Source: Synechococcus sp.
Lineage (GTDB): Bacteria > Cyanobacteriota > Cyanobacteriia > PCC-6307 > Cyanobiaceae
Assembly (NCBI GenBank): GCA_047284725.1
Contig: JBJBEO010000001.1
Location: 1,560,203 to 1,624,202, forward strand
Direction: 5' to 3'
DNA length: 64,000 nt
Below are positions 41,350 to 51,957 of this stretch, one piece after another (positions within the stretch are counted from its first letter, which is position 1; each line of letters opens with the position of its first letter). The notes beneath the pieces were generated by a model. That model was not told the DNA's origin. It searched no databases and worked only from the letters and a program-made list of their open reading frames with translations. A program made the translations under genes and the position numbers.

Positions 41350-41486
41350 GCCGTTCCGAGTCGGTTGACCCTACCGAGCCAGGTCGGTTTACCGCAGGAT
41401 GCCGCGCAGACCGCCCGTTCCGGTCCGGTTCTCCCCTCTGCAGCAAAAGACATTGCTCATACGGTTTGATCAACCGAACGATGATC

Positions 41487-44102
41487 ATGCAACCAACGGC
41501 AGAGCTCTTCACGGAAAAGGCATGGGCGGCTGTGGTCTCTGCCCAGCAACTGGCCCAGAACCAACGGCACCAGCAGATCGAAAGCGAGCACCTGCTCCTG
41601 GCCCTGCTGCAACAAAACGAATTGGCCAGCCGGATTCTCGACAAAGCCGGTGTCTCACCGCCCGGCCTTGAAACCAGTGTGGAGAGGCATCTCCAGCAGT
41701 TGCCAGCCCTGCAGAGTCGTCCTGACTCCGTTTATCTGGGCAAGGGCCTAAGCGACCTGCTGGATCGGGCCGAGACGCTCAAACAGGACTACGGCGACAG
41801 CTATATCTCGATCGAGCACCTGCTCCTGGCCCTGGCCGATGACTCCCGCTGCGGAAGACAACTGCTGAGCCAGGCCGGAGCTGATGCAACATCACTGAAA
41901 ACCGCTATCGATGCCGTGCGCGGCAGCCAGACCGTGACCGATCAGAATCCCGAAGGAACCTACGAATCCCTTGAGAAATACGGTCGCGATCTCACGGCAG
42001 CAGCCCGAGAAGGCAAGCTTGATCCGGTGATCGGAAGAGACGAGGAGATCCGCCGCACCATTCAAATCCTCAGCCGCCGCACCAAGAACAACCCGGTGCT
42101 GATCGGTGAACCCGGCGTGGGCAAGACGGCCATCGTGGAAGGACTGGCTCAGCGCATCGTCAACGGCGATGTCCCCCAGGCCCTGCAGAACCGTCGACTG
42201 ATTGCTCTTGACCTGGGAGCTCTGATTGCGGGCGCCAAATACCGCGGTGAATTCGAGGAACGGCTCAAGGCCGTGCTGAAGGAGGTGACCTCGTCAGATG
42301 GAGGCATCGTGCTCTTCATCGACGAAATTCACACCGTGGTGGGTGCCGGAGCAACCGGCGGCGCCATGGATGCCAGCAACCTGCTCAAACCAATGCTGGC
42401 CCGGGGCGAACTGCGGTGCATCGGTGCCACCACCCTCGATGAACATCGCCAGCACATCGAGAAGGATCCAGCCCTCGAGCGCCGTTTCCAACAGGTGCTG
42501 GTCGACCAACCCACCGTGGAAGACACCATTTCCATCCTGCGCGGACTGAAAGAGCGCTACGAAGTGCATCACAGCGTGCGCATCGCCGATAGCGCGCTTG
42601 TCGCCGCAGCCGTGCTCAGCAGCCGTTACATCGCCGATCGCTTTTTACCGGACAAAGCCATCGACCTGGTGGATGAGTCGGCTGCGCGCCTAAAGATGGA
42701 AATCACCTCCAAACCGGAGGAAATTGATGAGATCGACCGCAAGATTCTGCAGCTGGAGATGGAGAAACTCTCCCTCGGTCGGGAGTCGGATGCGGCAAGC
42801 CAGGAACGGCTCGAGCGGCTGGAGCGGGAGCTGGCAGAACTCTCGGAACAACAAAGCACCCTCAATGCCCAATGGCAGCAGGAAAAAGGCGCGATCGACG
42901 AGCTGTCCAATCTCAAGGAGGAGATTGAGCGGGTGCAGCTGCAGGTGGAGCAGGCCAAGCGCAGCTACGACCTCAACAAGGCCGCAGAACTGGAATACGG
43001 CACCCTGGCCGGGTTGCAGCAGCAGCTTGCCAACCAGGAGGCCGCTCTCGCCAAGGCCGATGAGGGCAGCGGTGACAAATCCCTTCTGCGCGAAGAAGTC
43101 ACCGAAGACGACATCGCCGAGGTGATCGCCAAATGGACGGGCATTCCCGTGGCCAAGCTTGTGCAGTCGGAGATGGAAAAGCTGCTGGATCTGGAACACC
43201 AGCTGCATGAACGGGTGGTTGGCCAGGAGCAGGCCGTGACAGCCGTGGCGGATGCAATCCAGCGCTCCCGCGCCGGACTGAGTGATCCCAACAGACCGAT
43301 CGCCAGCTTCCTGTTCCTCGGCCCCACAGGTGTGGGCAAGACGGAACTCTCGAAAGCGTTGGCGTCACAACTGTTCGACAGCGAAGACGCCATGGTGCGA
43401 ATCGACATGTCGGAATACATGGAGAAGCACAGCGTCAGCCGCCTGATCGGTGCCCCTCCCGGTTACGTGGGCTACGAGGCCGGCGGCCAGCTCACGGAGG
43501 CGGTGCGACGCCGTCCTTACGCAGTGATCCTCTTCGATGAGGTGGAGAAGGCCCACCCCGACGTGTTCAACGTGATGCTTCAGATCCTCGATGACGGTCG
43601 CGTCACCGATGGTCAGGGCCGAACGGTTGACTTCACCAATGCAGTGCTGATCCTCACCAGCAATATCGGCAGCCAGTCGATTCTCGATCTGGGGGGTGAC
43701 GACGGGCAGCACACCGAAATGGAACGCCGGGTGAACGAAGCCCTGAGGAGCCACTTCCGTCCGGAGTTTCTCAACCGACTGGATGACCAGATCATCTTCC
43801 ACAGTCTTCGCAAGGAAGAACTGCGCAAAATCGTGAGCCTGCAGGTGGAACGCCTTCGCCAGCGCCTCACAGACCGCAAGCTGGGGCTGGCCATGAGCGA
43901 AGAAGCCACCGACTGGCTTGCCCATGCCGGCTACGACCCGGTGTATGGCGCCAGGCCGCTCAAGCGTGCCATCCAGCGCGAGCTCGAGACGCCCATCGCC
44001 AAGGCCATCCTGGCGGGTCGCTACTGCGAGGGAGGCAACGTCACCGTCGATGTCCAGAACAGTGCTGACCAAACGACTCAGCAACGGCTGGTCCTGCGCT
44101 GA
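41487..44102 (+). CDS. clpB: ATP-dependent chaperone ClpB
   Basis: Two AAA+ modules ([16 protein letters not shown]) and a coiled-coil M-domain ([11 protein letters not shown]). Confidence 0.97.
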   Translation: MQPTAELFTEKAWAAVVSAQQLAQNQRHQQIESEHLLLALLQQNELASRILDKAGVSPPGLETSVERHLQQLPALQSRPDSVYLGKGLSDLLDRAETLKQDYGDSYISIEHLLLALADDSRCGRQLLSQAGADATSLKTAIDAVRGSQTVTDQNPEGTYESLEKYGRDLTAAAREGKLDPVIGRDEEIRRTIQILSRRTKNNPVLIGEPGVGKTAIVEGLAQRIVNGDVPQALQNRRLIALDLGALIAGAKYRGEFEERLKAVLKEVTSSDGGIVLFIDEIHTVVGAGATGGAMDASNLLKPMLARGELRCIGATTLDEHRQHIEKDPALERRFQQVLVDQPTVEDTISILRGLKERYEVHHSVRIADSALVAAAVLSSRYIADRFLPDKAIDLVDESAARLKMEITSKPEEIDEIDRKILQLEMEKLSLGRESDAASQERLERLERELAELSEQQSTLNAQWQQEKGAIDELSNLKEEIERVQLQVEQAKRSYDLNKAAELEYGTLAGLQQQLANQEAALAKADEGSGDKSLLREEVTEDDIAEVIAKWTGIPVAKLVQSEMEKLLDLEHQLHERVVGQEQAVTAVADAIQRSRAGLSDPNRPIASFLFLGPTGVGKTELSKALASQLFDSEDAMVRIDMSEYMEKHSVSRLIGAPPGYVGYEAGGQLTEAVRRRPYAVILFDEVEKAHPDVFNVMLQILDDGRVTDGQGRTVDFTNAVLILTSNIGSQSILDLGGDDGQHTEMERRVNEALRSHFRPEFLNRLDDQIIFHSLRKEELRKIVSLQVERLRQRLTDRKLGLAMSEEATDWLAHAGYDPVYGARPLKRAIQRELETPIAKAILAGRYCEGGNVTVDVQNSADQTTQQRLVLR

Positions 44103-44585
44103 TCAGTCGGCACTGGAGCGAAACCAGCCAGGCAGTGCTTCATAGGTGGCAGCGTTGGCCCGGTTCTCCCGGGCCTCCACCTTCCAGCAACAGGTGCGCT
44201 CGCCATCCCGCTCCTTGAGGAGGGCATTGGTCCAGGTCCACACCAACTGGGCTGTGGCCTCCATGCCGACGTTCTCCATCACCCGCAGATCGAGGGCGCC
44301 CAGGTGATGAAGCTGCTGCCAATGCTCCATCAACGGATCATTGGCGTTCACCAGGAAGGTGTGGTCGAACTGTTTCCTCAGTTGCGCCTCCAGGGGCCTC
44401 AGGCTTGAGAAATCCACCACAAAACCGCAATCATCCAGAGCCGTGGCCGCGAACCAAACCGTGAAGCTGCGGCTGTAGCCGTGCACAAAGCTGCAGTGAC
44501 CCGGATGCTGCCACTGACGATGAGAACAGGGGTAGCCCTCGAACTGCTTACTGCAGGTGTAGGAGGAGGGAGGCAAGAATTGCAA
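44103..44585 (-). CDS. queD: 6-carboxytetrahydropterin synthase (QueD/PTPS family)
   Basis: HRQWQHPGHCSFVHGY, VVDFS and FDHTFL. Confidence 0.85.
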   Translation of the reverse strand: MQFLPPSSYTCSKQFEGYPCSHRQWQHPGHCSFVHGYSRSFTVWFAATALDDCGFVVDFSSLRPLEAQLRKQFDHTFLVNANDPLMEHWQQLHHLGALDLRVMENVGMEATAQLVWTWTNALLKERDGERTCCWKVEARENRANAATYEALPGWFRSSAD

Positions 44586-44649
44586 CTGAGTAGGGTGGAC
44601 GGTACTGCGGGAGGATCAGAGACACGCGATCTGTGTGCCCCGAGGCCTG

Positions 44650-45318
44650 ATGCAGCCCCTGAGTCCCGACTTCATCAACCATCTCCGTTTTAACGACGCC
44701 GGACTGATTCCGGCCGTGGCTCAGGACTGGCTCGATGGCGCTGTGCTGATGCAGGCCTGGATGAATCGAGAAGCCCTGGAACGCACCCTGAGCAGTGGCG
44801 AAGTTCACTACTGGAGTCGATCACGTCAGGAGCTTTGGCACAAGGGAGCCACAAGCGGGCACATCCAAATTCTCAAAGGCCTGCGCTACGACTGCGACGC
44901 CGATGTGCTGCTGCTGACCATCGAACAAACCGGCAATGTGGCCTGTCACACCGGCGCCCGCAGCTGCTTCTACGACGGGAGCGACCAACCCACCGCCGGT
45001 GGCGCAACAGCGCCTCCGCCTCCGGCGGACGTGTGCACGGAATTGTCACGGGTGATCGAAGGTCGCCGCGACCATCCCGAAGAGGGGAGCTACACCAACA
45101 AACTGCTGGAGGGAGGGGACAATCGCATTCTCAAGAAGATCGGAGAGGAAAGCGCCGAGTTCGTGATGGCCTGCAAAGACGCGAACGCCGACGAGATTGC
45201 AGGCGAAGCGGCTGACATCATCTTTCACCTGCAGGTCGCCCTGGCCCACCATGGCGTGAGCTGGCGGCAGGTGCAGGTAGTCCTAGCCCAACGACGCGGA
45301 GCTCCCCGGCGCCACTGA
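44650..45318 (+). CDS. hisIE: Bifunctional phosphoribosyl-AMP cyclohydrolase / phosphoribosyl-ATP pyrophosphatase
   Basis: Motifs [31 protein letters not shown] and KKIGEE. Confidence 0.96.
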   Translation: MQPLSPDFINHLRFNDAGLIPAVAQDWLDGAVLMQAWMNREALERTLSSGEVHYWSRSRQELWHKGATSGHIQILKGLRYDCDADVLLLTIEQTGNVACHTGARSCFYDGSDQPTAGGATAPPPPADVCTELSRVIEGRRDHPEEGSYTNKLLEGGDNRILKKIGEESAEFVMACKDANADEIAGEAADIIFHLQVALAHHGVSWRQVQVVLAQRRGAPRRH

Positions 45319-45421
45319 CAGCTGGACTCCAAGACGAAGCAGAGCCGACATCGCCACCGGTGTCAGAACTGCAGCAAAGCCAGTCGATCGTGTCTCAACC
45401 GAAGCGAAACAGTCCCAAGCC

Positions 45422-46105
45422 TCACCTGTCAGGAGGCAGCTCGGGTGGAGCCCCCCCGAACCGGGTCGGCTGCTGCCGCAGCCACTCCAGGGTCAGGCGA
45501 TCCCGTTGGCTCAGCGCCAGCACCGGCTCCCTGTCCTGAAACACAGCCATGACGTCTGCGGCCTCATCGCTGTGGCCCCACAGTCCAAAGGCATGGCCAA
45601 GCTCATGAAGGGCTGTGGCCTCCAACACCGCGGCTCGCAATTCCGGAGACACCAACACGGTGACTCGTGGCTCCAGGCGCCATGCCTGCTGGCGCTGAAC
45701 AGACAGCACCTCCAACAGACTGCGACCGTTGCTGGCTCGCCAACCCAGGCTCAACTGCCGGCGAGGCGGACGCCGCCGCTCGATCAGCACCTGTGCCCTC
45801 TTGGGATCGCGGACGCGAACGATGGGCAGAACCTGCTCCCAGGTCGCCAGGGCAGAATCAACAGCATTGAACCACCGGCGCTGCCAGCGGTCAGGGCTGG
45901 CCTGCACCACCGGCTCAACCCACACACACCACAAGGGAAGAACTGGGGGCCCTAACGCCGACGTCGCCAGTCGCTGGCTGTATCCCACAGGGTCCAGACC
46001 TGGAGTTTCAGCAGCCTTTGCCTGATCAGCACCTGATGTCAGTCTCGCCAGCTTGACGCTGACGGCACGAACATCCTGCTGAGGCGGACAGGGATCCGGG
46101 GTCAT
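45422..46105 (-). CDS. Matrixin-like zinc metallopeptidase (start may lie further upstream)
   Basis: HELGHAFGLWGHS...DVM metzincin motif. Confidence 0.8.
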   Translation of the reverse strand: MTPDPCPPQQDVRAVSVKLARLTSGADQAKAAETPGLDPVGYSQRLATSALGPPVLPLWCVWVEPVVQASPDRWQRRWFNAVDSALATWEQVLPIVRVRDPKRAQVLIERRRPPRRQLSLGWRASNGRSLLEVLSVQRQQAWRLEPRVTVLVSPELRAAVLEATALHELGHAFGLWGHSDEAADVMAVFQDREPVLALSQRDRLTLEWLRQQPTRFGGAPPELPPDR

Positions 46106-46130
46106 CGGTCCACAGCAATCAGCAACGGAC

Positions 46131-46622
46131 TCAAGCGGCAGGGAGGCCGACGCCGCGGGCCATCAATGTCGCCATCAAGGGAATCAGGGCAAAGCCCACC
46201 AACTCGATGTTGATGATCCAACCGAGCCTGGATGCCAACGCTTCCGACACCTTTGGAAGCTCACCCTTGCGAAGGGGAATCGCCCAGAGCACGTAGGTAA
46301 TGGTGGGGTACAGCGACAGACCACCGACCGAGAGATAGAGGCCGACTTTCCACCAGAACAATGGATTGGTCGTGTAGAACTCGCTGCCCTGGCCGAAATA
46401 AAGAACACGCAGGATGCCACTGACGAGAAGTGCCAGGGCCGCCATGCCGTAAATCACATCCGTCACCACCATCACGGTGGCCGTGCGGCGATCGGGATCG
46501 GGACGGATCAAGCGCCGCTCCACCACCAACGCAGCGAAACAGAGCATGAAGCTGAGGTAGTGGACATAGGCCACCCCTGCGCTTTTGGCGAGATCGGGGG
46601 TCAGCACCGTGGCCAGGGTCAT
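46131..46622 (-). CDS. DUF2214 family membrane protein
   Basis: AYVHYL, FYTTNPLFWWKVGL, SLYPT and MARGVG. Confidence 0.85.
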   Translation of the reverse strand: MTLATVLTPDLAKSAGVAYVHYLSFMLCFAALVVERRLIRPDPDRRTATVMVVTDVIYGMAALALLVSGILRVLYFGQGSEFYTTNPLFWWKVGLYLSVGGLSLYPTITYVLWAIPLRKGELPKVSEALASRLGWIINIELVGFALIPLMATLMARGVGLPAA

Positions 46623-46866
46623 GGGACTTGCTGAGAATCCGTGAGAGTAGCGAGTGTGGTCAGCGGCTGACTGCGCCAAACAGAAACCAAGGTACAGATG
46701 GCGTTCGCAGGCAGCACCATCGGGCCTTGTCCCTCCAACAGACGCGCCCTTTGAACAATCAAAAAACAACGTGAATAACGTACAAATCATAAATTCCGCA
46801 GTCTTTCTTACACCCCTGAATCGCAATCGTTTCCGCCCTAGGTTCCAAAAAGAAGAGGAGCGGAAA

Positions 46867-47799
46867 ATGGTGAGTTCACTGAGCGCCTTCCTGGGCGAAA
46901 TTGGTCGACATCAGCTGCTGACTCCTGAACAGGAGTTAACCATGGGCCGCAAAGTTCAGGCCATGGTTTCCATCACAGAACGTTGTCTACAGGCCGGCGG
47001 AACCGGGCCAGCCTGTGATTTCAGTGATGAAGAAAAACGCACAATTAAAAAGGGAGAAAAGGCTAAGAACCAGATGATCACGGCGAATCTGCGCTTGGTG
47101 GTGAATCTGGCCAAGCGCTATCAAGGCAAAGGGTTGGACCTTCTGGATCTGATCCAAGAAGGCACTCTCGGCCTCACCCGGGCCGTCGAGAAGTACGATC
47201 CCACCCGTGGCCATCGTTTCTCCACCTATGCCTACTGGTGGATCCGACAGGGACTGAACCGGGCTCTCTCAACCCAGAGTCGCACCATTCGCATTCCTGT
47301 GAATGTGAATGAAAAACTCACCAAGCTTCGTGCTGCGAAGGCTCGTCTGATGCAACGCAACGGCCAAGCCGCCACGCCGGATCAACTGGCAGCTGCGATG
47401 CACCTCTCCAGGGAAGAGGTGGACGATCTGCTCGGGTGCGAGCTGCGGAGTGTCACCGTGAGCCTGCAGGGCATTGTCAAATCGAAATCAGACCCCTCGG
47501 AGCTGGTGGACGTGCTGCCCAGTGATGAGTTGCCACCGATGGAGCGGGCCGAAATCGCCGAACGCACCGATTCCGCCTGGAAGCTGCTCGACAAGTCCAA
47601 CCTCACCCCCAAGGAACGGACGGTGGTGATGCTTCGCTTCGGCCTCGATGGCTCCAATGAATGGCGCACGCTGGCTGAAGTGGCACGCCACATGGGATGC
47701 AGCCGGGAATACTGCCGCCAGGTAGTGCAGAGAGCCCTGCGCAAACTTCGCAAGACCGGCATTCAGAACGGATTGGTCGAAGCCCGCGCTGAAGCCTGA
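46867..47799 (+). CDS. Group 2 sigma-70 factor
   Basis: Motifs ANLRLVVNLAKRY, LDLIQEGTLGL, FSTYAYWWIRQ and a region 4 HTH. Confidence 0.93.
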   Translation: MVSSLSAFLGEIGRHQLLTPEQELTMGRKVQAMVSITERCLQAGGTGPACDFSDEEKRTIKKGEKAKNQMITANLRLVVNLAKRYQGKGLDLLDLIQEGTLGLTRAVEKYDPTRGHRFSTYAYWWIRQGLNRALSTQSRTIRIPVNVNEKLTKLRAAKARLMQRNGQAATPDQLAAAMHLSREEVDDLLGCELRSVTVSLQGIVKSKSDPSELVDVLPSDELPPMERAEIAERTDSAWKLLDKSNLTPKERTVVMLRFGLDGSNEWRTLAEVARHMGCSREYCRQVVQRALRKLRKTGIQNGLVEARAEA

Positions 47800-47836
47800 T
47801 AGAAATCCAGATCAGTGGCCCATCGGAGACACCCCC

Positions 47837-48211
47837 ATGGCCGAGGCGTCCTCCTTTCACGAACCTGCCATTGATGCGGAGGTGATCGACAGCTCCGTCA
47901 TCGATGAGGGAAGCCTGCGGCGTCTCCTGCGCAAAGCAGGGAGGACGGTGGCCAGGCCCGCCCTCGAGGTGCTTGAACTGCTGCTCGATCCAGGCACTCC
48001 ACCCCAGGCGCGTCTCACTCTGCTGGCAGCCCTGACCTATCTGCTCATGCCCGCCGATCTGATTCCGGATTTTTTGCCGGTCGCCGGCTTCAGCGATGAC
48101 CTGGTCGCCCTGAGCGCGGTGATCGGATTGTGGCGACATCACCTCACAGACTCCATTCGCCTGCGGGCAAAGCGCAAACTGGATCGGTGGTTTCCCCCTG
48201 GTCGTCCCTGA
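47837..48211 (+). CDS. YkvA/DUF1232 family protein
   Basis: YLLMPADLIPDFLPVAGFSDD. Confidence 0.88.
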   Translation: MAEASSFHEPAIDAEVIDSSVIDEGSLRRLLRKAGRTVARPALEVLELLLDPGTPPQARLTLLAALTYLLMPADLIPDFLPVAGFSDDLVALSAVIGLWRHHLTDSIRLRAKRKLDRWFPPGRP

Positions 48212-48223
48212 CCGCTGTCGCCC

Positions 48224-48556
48224 ATGAGTCGCTGGAACACAGCCATGGAAGAGGAGCTTGTGGTCGTGCTCAAAGACTGGCTCAAACACCAGGGACGCAC
48301 CCAGGCAGACCTGCGGCGCAGTCTGCGGGCGACCTCGACACGGATGCCGGCACTGATGGAAGTGCTCGAACGCGAACATCGACTGGGTGGCTTGCCCAAG
48401 CTGGCCGCTCGCCTCTGCTCGATCGAATCCGACTGGGCGCGCCATCCGACGGCAGGAGACGAGGCAACCGAGCTGGGCTCCGACTCCAGTGACACGGATC
48501 CATTCGGACAACTGGATCTTCTTCTCCAGGAAATCCGCGACGATTCCGTCAGCTGA
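48224..48556 (+). CDS. Hypothetical protein with XRE/Cro-like N-terminus
   Basis: LKDWLKHQGRTQADL. Confidence 0.65.
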   Translation: MSRWNTAMEEELVVVLKDWLKHQGRTQADLRRSLRATSTRMPALMEVLEREHRLGGLPKLAARLCSIESDWARHPTAGDEATELGSDSSDTDPFGQLDLLLQEIRDDSVS

Positions 48557-48566
48557 AGGGAAAGCG

Positions 48567-48848
48567 ATGCAAAGTGTGGGCAGTCGAGCGCAACCCATGT
48601 CTGTCAGTTCTGGCCTGTTCGCTTCCGCTGCTCTGTTTTTCAGCCTTCAGCTAGCCGCGACACCACCGGTCTTGGCTCAACGCGAAACCTGGTTGCTCGG
48701 CCCCGGCAGCAGTACCGGCCAGGAAAGCAAGGTGGTTCCCACCAACTGCGTCGAGGGAACCGACGGATCCATCACCTGCGATACCAAGATTGAAAACCCG
48801 TCAGGCGATACGCCAGCACGCCCCTCCTATCAGCCCTTCACCAACTGA
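48567..48848 (+). CDS. Small exported hypothetical protein
   Basis: Signal peptide (PPVLA) and NCVEGTDGSITCDT Cys pair. Confidence 0.6.
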   Translation: MQSVGSRAQPMSVSSGLFASAALFFSLQLAATPPVLAQRETWLLGPGSSTGQESKVVPTNCVEGTDGSITCDTKIENPSGDTPARPSYQPFTN

Positions 48849-48856
48849 GTGAAACC

Positions 48857-49321
48857 GTGACACGAGCACAACGGTCGTGGCCGACCTTTCTCAAGGTCGT
48901 AGATTCAGCTGAACAGAAGGTCGCCAAGGTGCTCACCGTGATCACCGGTGTGGTGATCGTGGCCTCACTGGTGCAGCTGATTGTTCAGGTGGGACTCCGT
49001 CTGATCAGCCCAGAACCAGCCAACTGGCTGGGGGACGGCCTGATCAAGGTGCTTGGTGACCTGCTCACGGTCCTGATCGCCCTGGAGGTGCTGCAGAACG
49101 TCACCAGCTATCTGCGCCGTCACGTGGTGCAACTGGAGCTTGTTCTGGTCACCGCTCTCACCGCTGTGGCCAGAAAGGTGATTGTGCTGCCCGCTGGCGC
49201 TGAGAACAAACCGCAGTTGCTGATTGGCCTCGGCGTCGCCTCAGCAGCGTTGGCAGGGGCTTACTGGCTGGTGATGCGGGCAGGGGCGGGGCGCTCATCG
49301 TCTTCTGAGATCTCCCAATAG
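48857..49321 (+). CDS. Phosphate-starvation-inducible PsiE family membrane protein
   Basis: LLTVLIALEVL...YLR...LVTALTAVARKVI. Confidence 0.85.
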   Translation: MTRAQRSWPTFLKVVDSAEQKVAKVLTVITGVVIVASLVQLIVQVGLRLISPEPANWLGDGLIKVLGDLLTVLIALEVLQNVTSYLRRHVVQLELVLVTALTAVARKVIVLPAGAENKPQLLIGLGVASAALAGAYWLVMRAGAGRSSSSEISQ

Positions 49322-49869
49322 AGTGCCAGCCACAACGTGCCAGGTTCAGGATCAGTCCGTTCCACCCGATGCCGTCGGTGCGGTGGCAGGTACAGACCGT
49401 CTCCCACAGAGAGGTCGATGCCCTGATCGGGGGACTGCAGCGCCATCCGGGCACTTCCCCGCAACAAAGTGAGCCATTCATGCTCAGGCTGGTCGTACCA
49501 GAAGCCAGCTGGAGTCACAGCGGCACAGGAATGGATCAGATCGAGATGCCAGCCTGGTCCGTACTGGAGCTGACGCACCCGTTCTGTTCCTTCCGGCGGT
49601 GCGGGACTGCGCAGCAGAGGATCCATACCATCAGGGCCAGCCATCAACCCTCTGGACGCTGAACCCTGCCTTCGATCATCGGACGGCACACTGTCGCCCC
49701 AGCGACGGCCGATCTCGTAGCCCCAGGAGCGTGCCAATTGCACCACCTGGTTGTGATCCGAACAGGCGACCAGGGCATCACGGCGCAGGGGATCGGTCTC
49801 CAGCGATGCCACCAGGGCATTGAGCTGATGCACTTTGTGCAGAAAGCGCTGCAGATCGGCTTCAGCCAT
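49261..49869 (-). CDS. Nif11-like domain fused to a cupin domain
   Basis: N-terminus MAEADLQRFL...VVQLARSWGYEI. C-terminus WYDQPEHEWLTLLRGSA...GDGLYLPPHRRHRVERT. RBS gaggtg. Confidence 0.8.
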   Translation of the reverse strand: MAEADLQRFLHKVHQLNALVASLETDPLRRDALVACSDHNQVVQLARSWGYEIGRRWGDSVPSDDRRQGSASRGLMAGPDGMDPLLRSPAPPEGTERVRQLQYGPGWHLDLIHSCAAVTPAGFWYDQPEHEWLTLLRGSARMALQSPDQGIDLSVGDGLYLPPHRRHRVERTDPEPGTLWLALYWEISEDDERPAPARITSQ

Positions 49870-50021
49870 CTCACCTCAGACCTGAGCCCATCATCCTGGC
49901 AATCCCTGCTCACTGAGTTGCACAGGACAGGTGCTCAGGCATCGGGGCAGACTGATCAAAAAACCGGTTGAATTGCATGGCCGCCGATCAACATCACCTG
50001 ACACCGAATCACACCCTCTGG

Positions 50022-50354
50022 ATGCGCGCCTCAGTGTTTGTTTGCATTGCCCTGTTGGCCCTGATCACAGGGGCGATGCCAGCACTGGCCTCCATCAATT
50101 CAGGCGCGCGGATCTTTCACCAGCACTGCAGCGGCTGCCACATGAATGGTGGCAACATCATCCGCCGCAGCCGCACCTTGAAACTGGCGGCGTTGCAACG
50201 TCACGGCGTGGAGGGGCCCGATGCCATTGCCGCCATCGCCCGTGGAGGGATCGGCCAAATGTCGGGCTATGGCGATGTCCTGGGAGACGGCGACGATGTC
50301 CTGGTCGCCGAATGGATTTGGCAGCAGGCTCAGAATGCCTGGACCCAAGGATGA
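50022..50354 (+). CDS. Cytochrome c6-like protein (c6B/C type)
   Basis: HCSGCH and GIGQMSGY. Lacks the conserved Gln of true c6 (AIAAIARG). Confidence 0.85.
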   Translation: MRASVFVCIALLALITGAMPALASINSGARIFHQHCSGCHMNGGNIIRRSRTLKLAALQRHGVEGPDAIAAIARGGIGQMSGYGDVLGDGDDVLVAEWIWQQAQNAWTQG

Positions 50355-50599
50355 ACCTCTAGGGCAGTCCAGATCTGCTCACGCCAATAGACATCCTCCT
50401 CAAGAAGCTCCCGGATCTCCTCGGCATCGACACCTTCAAAAACACCAAAAACATAGGCGCTGTCTTGGGTCGGGCCAAGGGTAATCAATCGACCTTGTTC
50501 TTGAAGAGACTTCAAACGAGCCAGGTGCTCGTCACGGAAAGGGGTGCGCTTTTCAAGGGCGTTGTCGCAGTATGTGCCCCAAAGAACAAAACGTGCCAT
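50330..50599 (-). CDS. YciI family protein
   Basis: KRTPFRDEHLARL...LGPT...EDVYW. Confidence 0.85.
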   Translation of the reverse strand: MARFVLWGTYCDNALEKRTPFRDEHLARLKSLQEQGRLITLGPTQDSAYVFGVFEGVDAEEIRELLEEDVYWREQIWTALEVHPWVQAF

Positions 50600-50700
50600 C
50601 GACGCTGTCTTCTCCAATTCCGAATGATTCGAACCAAGAGAATGGCACAGAGGTGCATTCAAAGGCTATGTTCTGATTGTTGATCTTTTCTCACACAGTC

Positions 50701-51069
50701 ATGCTCACAGGCAGTGACCTGCTCACCAAGGTCAAAGAATTGGGCGACGTCAGCAAGTCCGATCTTGTTCGGTCCTGCGGTTATGTATCGGACAAGAAGG
50801 ATGGTGGCGAACGCCTCAACTTCACAGCCTTCTATGAAGCGTTATTAGAAGCCAAGGGCGTCAATCTTGGTGTCGGTGGTGCCGGCGTTGGTAAGGGTGG
50901 CCGCAAACTGTCCTACGTGGCCACCGTGCAGGGCAACGGCAATCTGCTCATCGGTAAGGCCTACACGGCCATGCTCGATCTCAAGCCCGGTGACGAGTTT
51001 GAGATCAAGCTTGGGCGCAAGCAGATTCGACTCGTCCCCGTTGGCGGCAGCGACGAAGACGAAGAGTGA
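50701..51069 (+). CDS. Cyanobacterial AbrB-like regulator (cyAbrB)
   Basis: MLTGSDLL..VK, NFTAFYEALLEAKG, VQGNGNLLIGKAYT and EFEIKLGRK. Confidence 0.92.
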   Translation: MLTGSDLLTKVKELGDVSKSDLVRSCGYVSDKKDGGERLNFTAFYEALLEAKGVNLGVGGAGVGKGGRKLSYVATVQGNGNLLIGKAYTAMLDLKPGDEFEIKLGRKQIRLVPVGGSDEDEE

Positions 51070-51084
51070 ATCAAGCCGGGTGAT

Positions 51085-51912
51085 TCACCCGGCAGCCTCT
51101 CTCAGCTGCCGGCAGAATTCACCCGCTAGGGCAGCAGCGGAGCAGGGCTCCGTTGCTGCGATTCGCTTCACCAAAGCACTGCCCACAATGGCGCCATCCG
51201 CGCCCCAGGATTTGACCTGTGAGACCTGTTCGGAGCCTGAAATTCCGAAGCCCACAGCCACAGGAATCGGGCAACAAGCTTTGAGATCCGCCACCAATGA
51301 CGACACACGCCCCTCAAGGCTGGTGCGCTCACCGGTGACGCCGGTAACGCTCACCAGGTAGGTGAAACCGCGGCTGGCCGAAGCAATTCTTCGCATGCGA
51401 TCAGCGGGAGTCGTGGGCGCCACCAGGAGCACCAGATCCAGGCCTTCGGCCTGGGCCAGGGGCGAGAGGCGTTCGGCTTCCTCCAAGGGGAGATCAGGAA
51501 TCACGAGCCCTGCTGCACCGGCGGCGGTGGCATCTGCAAAAAACTGCTCAGCCCCGCGATTCAACAGGGGATTGCTGTAAGTGAACAGAATGATCGGAAT
51601 GGTGAGCTGTCCCTTCAGGCCAGCCAACATGTCAAACACCCGATCCGGCGTAGTGCCTGCCGACAGAGCCCGATAGGCAGACGCCTGGATGACCGGGCCA
51701 TCGGCGAGGGGGTCGCTGTAGGGAATGCCGAGTTCCACCATGTCAGCCCCCTGAGCCTGAAGACTGAGAAGAACCTCTGCCGTGGTGCTGAGATCAGGAT
51801 CGCCAGCCATCAGAAAAGGCATCAAGGCCATTCGCCCTTGCTCCCGCAGGCTGGCAAAGCGTGCCGCAATGGGTGACAGGGAGTCTGTTGCGGTCACTGC
51901 AGGGATGGTCAT
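51085..51912 (-). CDS. trpA: Tryptophan synthase alpha chain
   Basis: Motifs [25 protein letters not shown] and DGAIVGSA. Confidence 0.97.
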   Translation of the reverse strand: MTIPAVTATDSLSPIAARFASLREQGRMALMPFLMAGDPDLSTTAEVLLSLQAQGADMVELGIPYSDPLADGPVIQASAYRALSAGTTPDRVFDMLAGLKGQLTIPIILFTYSNPLLNRGAEQFFADATAAGAAGLVIPDLPLEEAERLSPLAQAEGLDLVLLVAPTTPADRMRRIASASRGFTYLVSVTGVTGERTSLEGRVSSLVADLKACCPIPVAVGFGISGSEQVSQVKSWGADGAIVGSALVKRIAATEPCSAAALAGEFCRQLREAAG

Positions 51913-51957
51913 GGGGCCAAGGATGCTGATTCAGTGCAGCAGAAGCACTGCGGGAGC

